DNA of 64,000 nt from Auanema rhodensis (lineage: Eukaryota; Animalia; Nematoda), in NCBI GenBank assembly GCA_964057225.1, contig OZ059900.1, positions 25,234,001 to 25,298,000 on the forward strand, read 5' to 3'. A program made the translations under genes and the position numbers. Position 1 is the first letter of the stretch. Each line of letters begins with the position of its first letter. Positions 1 to 11,970 of this stretch are shown here, one piece after another. The notes below the pieces were generated by a model. The model saw only the letters and a program-made list of their open reading frames with translations, was not told where the DNA came from and made no database searches.

Positions 1-342
1 AAAACCTTGTTTACAGCGAAATTTCCAAAAACTGGTTTTCCAGCATAATACAATATTTCTCATGGGAAATACTGTGTTTTTGTATTTTTCTAGTGTTCAG
101 AATGTAGAATGCTTCATTTTAGTATGTAACACGCTGAAATTCGTTGCATTTGACGACTCATATGAACAAAAATCGATTTAATCAATATTAGCCATAAGGA
201 GCGTGCCCTCAGAATATGCTAATTTCCTTAATTTTCTAACCCCTGTTTTTTTGTCGTGAAAGTGGAACTAGACGTTGTACGAACAATTTTGAGCTAGGTT
301 TCATTGAAATTGCATGAGTTTGAACACATGAAATCGTAAGTC
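1..342 (+). repeat. Reference monomer (342 bp, ~34% GC, many short A/T tracts, 10 CpG)
   Basis: Unit from AAAACCTTG to ...AAATCGTAAGTC, followed directly by the next AAAACCTTG at 343. Hand count of the consensus gives about 116 G+C in 342. Confidence 0.97.
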
Positions 343-2394
343 AAAACCTTGTTTACAGCGAAATTTCCAAAAACTGGTTTTCCAGCATAATAAAATATTT
401 CTCATGGGAAATACTGTGTTTTTGTATTTTTTTAGTGTTCAGCATGTAAAATGCGTCATTTTAGTATGTAAAACGCTGAAATTCGTTGCATTTGACGACT
501 CATATGAACAAAAAGCGATTTAATCAATATTAGCCATAAGGGGCGTGCCCTCAGAATATGCTAATTTCCTTAATTTTCTAACCCCTGTTTTTTTGTCGTG
601 AAAGTGGAACTAGACGTTGTACGAACAATTTTGAGCTAGGTTTCATTGACATTGCATGAGTTTGAACACATGAAATCGTAAGTCAAAACCTTGTTTACAG
701 CGGAATTTCCAAAAACTGGTTTTCCAGCATAATAAAATATTTCTCATGGGAAATACTGTGTTTTTGTATTTTTTTAGTGTTCAGCATGTAAAATGCGTCA
801 TTTTAGTATGTAAAACGCTGAAATTCGTTGCATTTGACGACTCATATGAACAAAAAGCGATTTAATCAATATTAGCCATAAGGGGCGTGCCCTCAGAATA
901 TGCTAATTTCCTTAATTTTCTAACCCCTGTTTTTTTGTCGTGAAAGTGGAACTAGACGTTGTACGAACAATTTTGAGCTAGGTTTCATTGACATTGCATG
1001 AGTTTGAACACATGCAATCGTAAGTCAAAACCTTGTTTACAGCGAAATTTCCAAAAACTGGTTTTCCAGCATAATAAAATATTTCTCATGGGAAATACTG
1101 TGTTTTTGTATTTTTCTAGTGTTCAGCATGTAAAATGCTTCATTTTAGTATGTAACACGCTGAAATTTGTTGCATTTGACGACTCATATGAACAAAAATC
1201 GATTTAATCAATATTAGCCATAAGGGGCGTGCCCTCAGAATATGCTAATTTCCTTAATTTTCTAACCCCTGTTTTTTTGTCGTGAAAGTGGAACTAGACG
1301 TTGTACGAACAATTTTGAGCTAGGTTTCATTGACATTGCATGAGTTTGAACACATGAAATCGTAAGTCAAAACCTTGTTTACAGCGAAATTTCCAAAAAC
1401 TGGTTTTCCAGCATAATAAAATATTTCTCATGGGAAATACTGTGTTTTTGTATTTTTTTAGTGTTCAGCATGTAAAATGCGTCATTTTAGTATGTAAAAC
1501 GCTGAAATTCGTTGCATTTGACGACTCATATGAACAAAAATCGATTTTATCAATATTAGCCATAAGGGGCGTGCCCTCAGAATATGCTAATTTCCTTAAT
1601 TTTCTAACCCCTGTTTTTTTGTCGTGAAAGTGGAACTAGACGTTGTACGAACAATTTTGAGCTAGGTTTCATTGACATTGCATGAGTTTGAACACATGAA
1701 ATCGTAAGTCAAAACCTTGTTTACAGCGAAATTTCCAAAAACAGGTTTTCCAGCATAATACAATATTTCTCATGGGAAATACTGTGTTTTTGTATTTTTC
1801 TAGTGTTCAGAATGTAGAATGCTTCATTTTAGTATGTAACACGCTGAAATTCGTTGCATTTGACGACTCATATGAACAAAAATCGATGTAATCAATATTA
1901 GCCATAAGGGGCGTGCCCTCAGAATATGCTAATTTCCTTAATTTTCTAACCCCTGTTTTTTTGTCGTGAAAGTGGAACTAGACGTTGTACGAACAATTTT
2001 GAGCTAGGTTTCATTGACATTGCATGAGTTCGAACAAATGAAATCGTAAGTCAAAACCTTGTTTACATCGAAATTTCCAAAAACTGGTTTTCCAGCATAA
2101 TAAAATATTTGTCATGGGAAATACTGTGTTTTTGTATTTTTTTAGTGTTCAGCATGTAAAATGCGTCATTTTAGTATGTAAAACGCTGAAATTCGTTGCA
2201 TTTGACGACTCATATGAACAAAAATCGATTTTATCAATATTAGCCATAAGGGGCGTGCCCTCAGAATATGCTAATTTCCTTAATTTTCTAACCCCTGTTT
2301 TTTTGTCGTGAAAGTGGAACTAGACGTTGTACGAACAATTTTGAGCTAGGTTTCATTGACATTGCATGAGTTTGAACACATGCAATCGTAAGTC

Positions 2395-4788
2395 AAAACC
2401 TTGTTTACAGCGAAATTTCCAAAAACTGGTTTTCCAGCATAATAAAATATTTCTCATGGGAAATACTGTGTTTTTGTATTTTTCTAGTGTTCAGCATGTA
2501 AAATGCTTCATTTTAGTATGTAACACGCTGAAATTTGTTGCATTTGACGACTCATATGAACAAAAATCGATTTAATCAATATTAGCCATAAGGGGCGTGC
2601 CCTCAGAATATGCTAATTTCCTTAATTTTCTAACCCCTGTTTTTTTGTCGTGAAAGTGGAACTAGACGATGTACGAACAATTTTGAGCTAGGTTTCATTG
2701 ACATTGCATAAGTTTGAACACATGCAATCGTAAGTCAAAACCTTGTTTACAGCGAAATTTCCAAAAACTGGTTTTCCAGCATAATAAAATATTTCTCATG
2801 GGAAATACTGTGTTTTTGTATTTTTCTAGTGTTCAGCATGTAAAATGCTTCATTTTAGTATGTAACACGCTGAAATTTGTTGCATTTGACGACTCATATG
2901 AACAAAAATCGATTTAATCAATATTAGCCATAAGGGGCGTGCCCTCAGAATATGCTAATTTCCTTAATTTTCTAACCCCTGTTTTTTTGTCGTGAAAGTG
3001 GAACTAGACGATGTACGAACAATTTTGAGCTAGGTTTCATTGACATTGCATAAGTTTGAACACATGCAATCGTAAGTCAAAACCTTGTTTACAGCGAAAT
3101 TTCCAAAAACTGGTTTTCCAGCATAATAAAATATTTCTCATGGGAAATACTGTGTTTTTGTATTTTTCTAGTGTTCAGCATGTAAAATGCTTCATTTTAG
3201 TATGTAACACGCTGAAATTTGTTGCATTTGACGACTCATACGAACAAAAATCGATTTAATCAATATTAGCCATAAGGGGCGTGCCCTCAGAATATGCTAA
3301 TTTCCTTAATTTTCTAACCCCTGTTTTTTTGTCGTGAAAGTGGAACTAGACGTTGTACGAACAATTTTGAGCTAGGTTTCATTGACATTGCATAAGTTTG
3401 AACACATGCAATCGTAAGTCAAAACCTTGTTTACAGCGAAATTTCCAAAAACTGGTTTTCCAGCATAATAAAATATTTCTCATGGGAAATACTGTGTTTT
3501 TGTATTTTTCTAGTGTTCAGCATGTAAAATGCTTCATTTTAGTATGTAACACGCTGAAATTTGTTGCATTTGACGACTCATATGAACAAAAATTGATTTA
3601 ATCAATATTAGCCATAAGGGGCGTGCCCTCAGAATATGCTAATTTCCTTAATTTTCTAACCCCTGTTTTTTTGTCGTGAAAGTGGAACTAGACGTTGTAC
3701 GAACAATTTTGAGCTAGGTTTCATTGACATTGCATGAGTTTGAACACATGCAATCGTAAGTCAAAACCTTGTTTACAGCGAAATTTCCAAAAACTGGTTT
3801 TCCAGCATAATAAAATATTTCTCATGGGAAATACTGTGTTTTTGTATTTTTCTAGTGTTCAGCATGTAAAATGCTTCATTTTAGTATGTAACACGCTGAA
3901 ATTTGTTGCATTTGACGACTCATATGAACAAAAATCGATTTAATCAATATTAGCCATAAGGGGCGTGCCCTCAGAATATGCTAATTTCCTTAATTTTCTA
4001 ACCCCTGTTTTTTTGTCGTGAAAGTGGAACTAGACGATGTACGAACAATTTTGAGCTAGGTTTCATTGACATTGCATAAGTTTGAACACATGCAATCGTA
4101 AGTCAAAACCTTGTTTACAGCGAAATTTCCAGAAACTGGTTTTCCAGCATAATAAAATATTTCTCATGGGAAATACTGTGTTTTTGTATTTTTTTAGTGT
4201 TCAGCATGTAAAATGCTTCATTTTGATATGTAAAACGCTGAAATTCGTTGCATTTGACGACTCATATGAACAAAAATCGATTTTATCAATATTAGCCATA
4301 AGGGGCGTGCCCTCAGAATATGCTAATTTCCTTAATTTTCTAACCCCTGTTTTTTTGTCGTGAAAGTGGAACTAGACGTTGTACGAACAATTTTGAGCTA
4401 GGTTTCATTGACATTGCATAAGTTTGAACACATGCAATCGTAAGTCAAAACCTTGTTTACAGCGAAATTTCCAAAAACTGGTTTTCCAGCATAATAAAAT
4501 ATTTCTCATGGGAAATACTGTGTTTTTGTATTTTTCTAGTGTTCAGCATGTAAAATGCTTCATTTTAGTATGTAACACGCTGAAATTTGTTGCATTTGAC
4601 GACTCATATGAACAAAAATCGATTTAATCAATATTAGCCATAAGGGGCGTGCCCTCAGAATATGCTAATTTCCTTAATTTTCTAACCCCTGTTTTTTTGT
4701 CGTGAAAGTGGAACTAGACGTTGTACGAACAATTTTGAGCTAGGTTTCATTGACATTGCATGAGTTTGAACAAATGAAATCGTAAGTC
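2395..4788 (+). repeat. Run of near-identical 'T-type' monomers (monomer-level amplification)
   Basis: Six of seven consecutive monomers carry AAATTTGTTG (offset 142 C>T). Most also carry CATGCAAT and CATAAG and/or GACGATG. Confidence 0.8.
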
Positions 4789-7700
4789 AAAACCTTGTTT
4801 ACATCGAAATTTCCAAAAACTGGTTTTCCAGCATAATACAATATTTCTCATGGGAAATACTGTGTTTTTATATTTTTCTAGTGTTCAGCATGTAAAATGC
4901 TTCATTTTAGTATGTAACACGCTGAAATTCGTTGCATTTGACGACTCATATGAACAAAAATTGATTTAATCAATATTAGCCATAAGGGGCGTGCCCTCAG
5001 AATATGCTAATTTCCTTAATTTTCTAACCCCTGTTTTTTTGTCGTGAAAGTGGAACTAGACGTTGTACGAACAATTTTGAGCTAGGTTTCATTGACATTG
5101 CATGAGTTTGAACACATGCAATCGTAAGTCAAAACCTTGTTTACAGCGAAATTTCCAAAAACTGGTTTTCCAGCATAATAAAATATTTCTCATGGGAAAA
5201 ACTGTGTTTTTGTATTTTTCTAGTGTTCAGCATGTAAAATGCTTTATTTTAATATGTAACACGCTGAAATTCGTTGCATTTGACGACTCATATGAACAAA
5301 AATCGATTTAATCAATATTAGCCATAAGGGGCGTGCCCTCAGAATATGCTAATTTCCTTAATTTTCTAACCCCTGTTTTTTTGTCGTGAAAGTGGAACTA
5401 GACGTTGTACGAACAATTTTGAGCTAAGTTTCATTGACATTGCATGAGTTTGAACACATGAAATCGTAAGTCAAAACCTTGTTTACATCGAAATTTCCAA
5501 AAACTGGTTTTCCAGCATAATAAAATATTTCTCATGAGAAATACTGTGTTTTTGTATTTTTTTAATGTTCAGCATGTAAAATGCTTCATTTTGATATGTA
5601 AAACGCTGAAATTCGTTGCATTTGACGACTCATATGAACAAAAATCGATTTTATCAATATTAGCCATAAGGGGCGTGCCCTCAGAATATGCTAATTTCCT
5701 TAATTTTCTAACCCCTGTTTTTTTGTCGTGAAAGTGGAACTAGACGTTGTACGAACAATTTTGAGCTAGGTTTCATTGACATTGCATGAGTTTGAACACA
5801 TGAAATCGTAAGTCAAAACCTTGTTTACAGCGAAATTTCCAAAAACTGGTTTTCCAGCATAATAAAATATTTCTCATGGGAAATACTGTGTTTTTGTATT
5901 TTTTTAGTGTTCAGCATGTAAAATGCGTCATTTTAGTATGTAAAACGCTGAAATTCGTTGCATTTGACGACTCATATGAACAAAAATCGATTTTATCAAT
6001 ATTAGCCATAAGGGGCGTGCCCTCAGAATATGCTAATTTCCTTAATTTTCTAACCCCTGTTTTTTTGTCGTGAAAGTGGAACTAGACGTTGTACGAACAA
6101 TTTTGAGCTAGGTTTCATTGACATTGCATGAGTTTGAACACATGAAATCGTAAGTCAAAACCTTGTTTACAGCGAAATTTCCAAAAACAGGTTTTCCAGC
6201 ATAATACAATATTTCTCATGGGAAATACTGTGTTTTTGTATTTTTCTAGTGTTCAGAATGTAGAATGCTTCATTTTAGTATGTAACACGCTGAAATTCGT
6301 TGCATTTGACGACTCATATGAACAAAAATCGATTTAATCAATATTAGCCATAAGGAGCGTGCCCTCAGAATATGCTAATTTCCTTAATTTTCTAACCCCT
6401 GTTTTTTTGTCGTGAAAGTGGAACTAGACGTTGTACGAACAATTTTGAGCTAGGTTTCATTGACATTGCATGAGTTTGAACACATGAAATCGTAAGTCAA
6501 AACCTTGTTTACAGCGAAATTTCCAAAAACTGGTTTTCCAGCATAATAAAATATTTCTCATGGGAAATACTGTGTTTTTGTATTTTTCTAGTGTTCAGCA
6601 TGTAAAATGCGTCATTTTAGTATGTAAAACGCTGAAATTCGTTGCATTTGACGACTCATATGAACAAAAAGCGATTTAATCAATATTAGCCATAAGGGGC
6701 GTGCCCTCAGAATATGCTAATTTCCTTAATTTTCTAACCCCTGTTTTTTTGTCGTGAAAGTGGAACTAGACGTTGTACGAACAATTTTGAGCTAGGTTTC
6801 ATTGACATTGCATGAGTTTGAACACATGAAATCGTAAGTCAAAACCTTGTTTACAGCGAAATTTCCAAAAACTGGTTTTCCAGCATAATAAAATATTTCT
6901 CATGGGAAATACTGTGTTTTTGTATTTTTTTAGTGTTCAGCATGTAAAATGCGTCATTTTAGTATGTAAAACGCTGAAATTCGTTGCATTTGACGACTCA
7001 TATGAACAAAAAGCGATTTAATCAATATTAGCCATAAGGGGCGTGCCCTCAGAATATGCTAATTTCCTTAATTTTCTAACCCCTGTTTTTTTGTCGTGAA
7101 AGTGGAACTAGACGTTGTACGAACAATTTTGAGCTAGGTTTCATTGACATTGCATGAGTTTGAACACATGCAATCGTAAGTCAAAACCTTGTTTACAGCG
7201 AAATTTCCAAAAACTGGTTTTCCAGCATAATAAAATATTTCTCATGGGAAATACTGTGTTTTTGTATTTTTCTAGTGTTCAGCATGTAAAATGCTTCATT
7301 TTAGTATGTAACACGCTGAAATTTGTTGCATTTGACGACTCATATGAACAAAAATCGATTTAATCAATATTAGCCATAAGGGGCGTGCCCTCAGAATATG
7401 CTAATTTCCTTAATTTTCTAACCCCTGTTTTTTTGTCGTGAAAGTGGAACTAGACGTTGTACGAACAATTTTGAGCTAGGTTTCATTGACATTGCATGAG
7501 TTTGAACAAATGAAATCGTAAGTCAAAACCTTGTTTACATCGAAATTTCCAAAAACTGGTTTTCCAGCATAATAAAATATTTCTCATGGGAAATACTGTG
7601 TTTTTGTATTTTTTTAGTGTTCAGCATGTAAAATGCGTCATTTTAGTATGTAAAACGCTGAAATTCGTTGCATTTGACGACTCATATGAACAAAAATCGA

Positions 7701-8550
7701 TTTTATCAATATTAGCCATAAGGGGCGTGCCCTCAGAATATGCTAATTTCCTTAATTTTCTAACCCCTGTTTTTTTGTCGTGAAAGTGGAACTAGACGTT
7801 GTACGAACAATTTTGAGCTAGGTTTCATTGACATTGCATGAGTTTGAACACATGCAATCGTAAGTCAAAACCTTGTTTACAGCGAAATTTCCAAAAACTG
7901 GTTTTCCAGCATAATAAAATATTTCTCATGGGAAATACTGTGTTTTTGTATTTTTCTAGTGTTCAGCATGTAAAATGCTTCATTTTAGTATGTAACACGC
8001 TGAAATTTGTTGCATTTGACGACTCATATGAACAAAAATCGATTTAATCAATATTAGCCATAAGGGGCGTGCCCTCAGAATATGCTAATTTCCTTAATTT
8101 TCTAACCCCTGTTTTTTTGTTGTGAAAGTGGAACTAGACGTTGTACTTACAATTTTGAGCTAGGTTTCATTGACATTGCATGAGTTTGAACACATGCAAT
8201 CGTAAGTCAAAACCTTGTTTACAGCGAAATTTCCAAAAACTGGTTTTCCAGCATAATAAAATATTTCTCATGGGAAAAACTGTGTTTTTGTATTTTTCTA
8301 GTGTTCAGCATGTAAAATGCTTTATTTTAATATGTAACACGCTGAAATTCGTTGCATTTGACGACTCATATGAACAAAAATCGATTTAATCAATATTAGC
8401 CATAAGGGAGGTGCCCTCAGAATATGCTAATTTCCTTAATTTTCTAACCCCTGTTTTTTTGTCGTGAAAGTGGAACTAGACGTTGTACGAACAATTTTGA
8501 GCTAAGTTTCATTGACATTGCATGAGTTTGAACACATGAAATCGTAAGTC

Positions 8551-11500
8551 AAAACCTTGTTTACATCGAAATTTCCAAAAACTGGTTTTCCAGCATAATA
8601 AAATATTTCTCATGAGAAATACTGTGTTTTTGTATTTTTTTAATGTTCAGCATGTAAAATGCTTCATTTTGATATGTAAAAGGCTGAAATTCGTTGCATT
8701 TGACGACTCATATGAACAAAAATCGATTTTATCAATATTAGCCATAAGGGGCGTGCCCTCAGAATATGCTAATTTCCTTAATTTTCTAACCCCTGTTTTT
8801 TTGTCGTGAAAGTGGAACTAGACGTTGTACGAACAATTTTGAGCTAGGTTTCATTGACATTGCATGAGTTTGAACACATGAAATCGTAAGTCAAAACCTT
8901 GTTTACAGCGAAATTTCCAAAAACTGGTTTTCCAGCATAATACAATATTTCTCATGGGAAATACTGTGTTTTTATATTTTTCTAGTGTTCAGCATGTAAA
9001 ATGCTTCATTTTAGTATTTAACACGCTGAAATTCGTTGCATTTGACGACTCATATGAACAAAAATCGATTTTATCAATATTAGCCATAAGGGGCGTGCCC
9101 TCAGAATATGCTAATTTCCTTAATTTTCTAACCCCTGTTTTTTTGTCGTGAAAGTGGAACTAGACGTTGTACGAACAGTTTTGAGCTAGGTTTCATTGAC
9201 ATTGCATGAGTTTGAACACATGAAATCGTAAGTCAAAACCTTGTTTACAGCGAAATTTCCAAAAACTGGTTTTCCAGCATAATAAAATATTTCTCATGGG
9301 AAATACTGTGTTTTTGTATTTTTTCAGTGTTCAGCATGTAAAATGCTTCATTTTAGTATGTAACACGCTGAAATTCGTTGCATTTGACGACTCATATGAA
9401 CAAAAATCGATTTAATCAATATTAGCCATAAGGGGCGTGCCCTCAGAATATGCTAATTTCCTTAATTTTCTAACCCCTGTTTTTTTGTCGTGAAAGTGGA
9501 ACTAGACGTTGTACGAACAATTTTGAGCTAAGTTTCATTGACATTGCATGAGTTTGAACACATGAAATCGTAAGTCAAAACCTTGTTTACATCGAAATTT
9601 CCAAAAACTGGTTTTCCAGCATAATAAAATATTTCTCATGAGAAATACTGTGTTTTTGTATTTTTTTAATGTTCAGCATGTAAAATGCTTCATTTTGATA
9701 TGTAAAACGCTGAAATTCGTTGCATTTGACGACTCATATGAACAAAAATCGATTTTATCAATATTAGCCATAAGGGGCGTGCCCTCAGAATATGCTAATT
9801 TCCTTAATTTTCTAACCCCTGTTTTTTTGTCGTGAAAGTGGAACTAGACGTTGTACGAACAATTTTGAGCTAGGTTTCATTGACATTGCATGAGTTTGAA
9901 CACATGAAATCGTAAGTCAAAACCTTGTTTACAGCAAAATTTCCAAAAACTGGTTTTCCAGCATAATAAAATATTTCTCATGGGAAATACAGTGTTTTTG
10001 TATTTTTTTAGTGTTCAGCATGTAAAATGCTTTATTTTAATATGTAACACGCTGAAATTCGTTGCATTTGACGACTCATATGAACAAAAATCGATTTAAT
10101 CAATATTAGCCATAAGGGGCGTGCCCTCAGAATATGCTAATTTCCTTAATTTTCTAACCCCTGTTTTTTTGTCGTGAAAGTGGAACTAGACGTTGTACGA
10201 ACAATTTTGAGCTAAGTTTCATTGACATTGCATGAGTTTGAACACATGAAATCGTAAGTCAAAACCTTGTTTACATCGAAATTTCCAAAAACTGGTTTTC
10301 CAGCATAATAAAATATTTCTCATGAGAAATACTGTGTTTTTGTATTTTTTTAATGTTCAGCATGTAAAATGCTTCATTTTGAAATGTAAAACGCTGAAAT
10401 TCGTTGCATTTGACGACTCATATGAACAAAAATCGATTTTATCAATATTAGCCATAAGGGGCGTGCCCTCAGAATATGCTAATTTCCTTAATTTTCTAAC
10501 CCCTGTTTTTTTGTCGTGAAAGTGGAACTAGACGTTGTACGAACAATTTTGAGCTAGGTTTCATTGACATTGCATGAGTTTGAACACATGAAATCGTAAG
10601 TCAAAACCTTGTTTACAGCGAAATTTCCAAAAACTGGTTTTCCAGCATAATACAATATTTCTCATGGGAAATACTGTGTTTTTATATTTTTCTAGTGTTC
10701 AGCATGTAAAATGCTTCATTTTAGTATGTAACACGCTGAAATTCGTTGCATTTGACGACTCATATGAACAAAAATCGATTTTATCAATATTAGCCATAAG
10801 GGGCGTGCCCTCAGAATATGCTAATTTCCTTAATTTTCTAACCCCTGTTTTTTTGTCGTGAAAGTGGAACTAGACGTTGTACGAACAGTTTTGAGCTAGG
10901 TTTCATTGACATTGCATGAGTTTGAACACATGAAATCGTAAGTCAAAACCTTGTTTACAGCGAAATTTCCAAAAACTGGTTTTCCAGCATAATAAAATAT
11001 TTCTCATGGGAAATACTGTGTTTTTGTATTTTTTCAGTGTTCAGCATGTAAAATGCTTCATTTTAGTATGTAACACGCTGAAATTCGTTGCATTTGACGA
11101 CTCATATGAACAAAAATCGATTTAATCAATATTAGCCATAAGGGGCGTGCCCTCAGAATATGCTAATTTCCTTAATTTTCTAACCCCTGTTTTTTTGTCG
11201 TGAAAGTGGAACTAGACGTTGTACGAACAATTTTGAGCTAAGTTTCATTGACATTGCATGAGTTTGAACACATGAAATCGTAAGTCAAAACCTTCTTTAC
11301 ATCGAAATTTCCAAAAACTGGTTTTCCAGCATAATAAAATATTTCTCATGAGAAATACTGTGTTTTTGTATTTTTTTAATGTTCAGCATGTAAAATGCTT
11401 CATTTTGATATGTAAAACGCTGAAATTCGTTGCATTTGACGACTCATATGAACAAAAATCGATTTTATCAATATTAGCCATAAGGGGCGTGCCCTCAGAA

Positions 11501-11970
11501 TATGCTAATTTCCTTAATTTTCTAACCCCTGTTTTTTTGTCGTGAAAGTGGAACTAGACGTTGTACGAACAATTTTGAGCTAGGTTTCATTGACATTGCA
11601 TGAGTTTGAACACATGAAATCGTAAGTCAAAACCTTGTTTACAGCAAAATTTCCAAAAACTGGTTTTCCAGCATAATAAAATATTTCTCATGGGAAATAC
11701 AGTGTTTTTGTATTTTTTTAGTGTTCAGCATGTAAAATGCTTTATTTTAATATGTAACACGCTGAAATTCGTTGCATTTGACGACTCATATGAACAAAAA
11801 TCGATTTAATCAATATTAGCCATAAGGGGCGTGCCCTCAGAATATGCTAATTTCCTTAATTTTCTAACCCCTGTTTTTTTGTCGTGAAAGTGGAACTAGA
11901 CGTTGTACGAACAATTTTGAGCTAAGTTTCATTGACATTGCATGAGTTTGAACACATGAAATCGTAAGTC
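8551..11970 (+). repeat. Nascent 5-monomer higher-order repeat (R-N-C-R-Q) x2, period 1710 bp
   Basis: The order R (CATGAGAAA/TTTAATG/TTGATA), N (ATACAAT/TTTATA/ACAGTTTT), C (TTTTTTCAGTG), R, Q (AGCAAAA/ATACAGTG/CTTTATTTTAATA) occurs at 8551-10260 and again at 10261-11970. Confidence 0.8.

Noticed and set aside
140-156. CENP-B-box-like motif ATTCGTTGCATTTGACG
   Set aside because: It matches the TTCG....A half of NTTCGNNNNANNCGGGN but lacks the essential CGGG, and the TTCG is mutated in all T and many S monomers.
187-252. Hairpin followed by a T-run resembling an intrinsic terminator
   Set aside because: The stem is short and imperfect, the T7 run is more than 20 bp away, and there is no upstream gene or prokaryotic context.
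1-342. Primate dimeric alpha satellite (2x171 = 342 bp)
   Set aside because: The length coincides, but I recognise no alpha-satellite consensus sequence. A BLAST/Dfam search of the monomer is needed to name the family, so none is assigned.
1-342. Tandem 5S rRNA, tRNA, snRNA or spliced-leader gene repeat
   Set aside because: No recognisable 5S or tRNA sequence, cloverleaf or Pol III A/B/C boxes by eye, and the unit is AT-rich throughout. An Infernal/Rfam scan would settle it.
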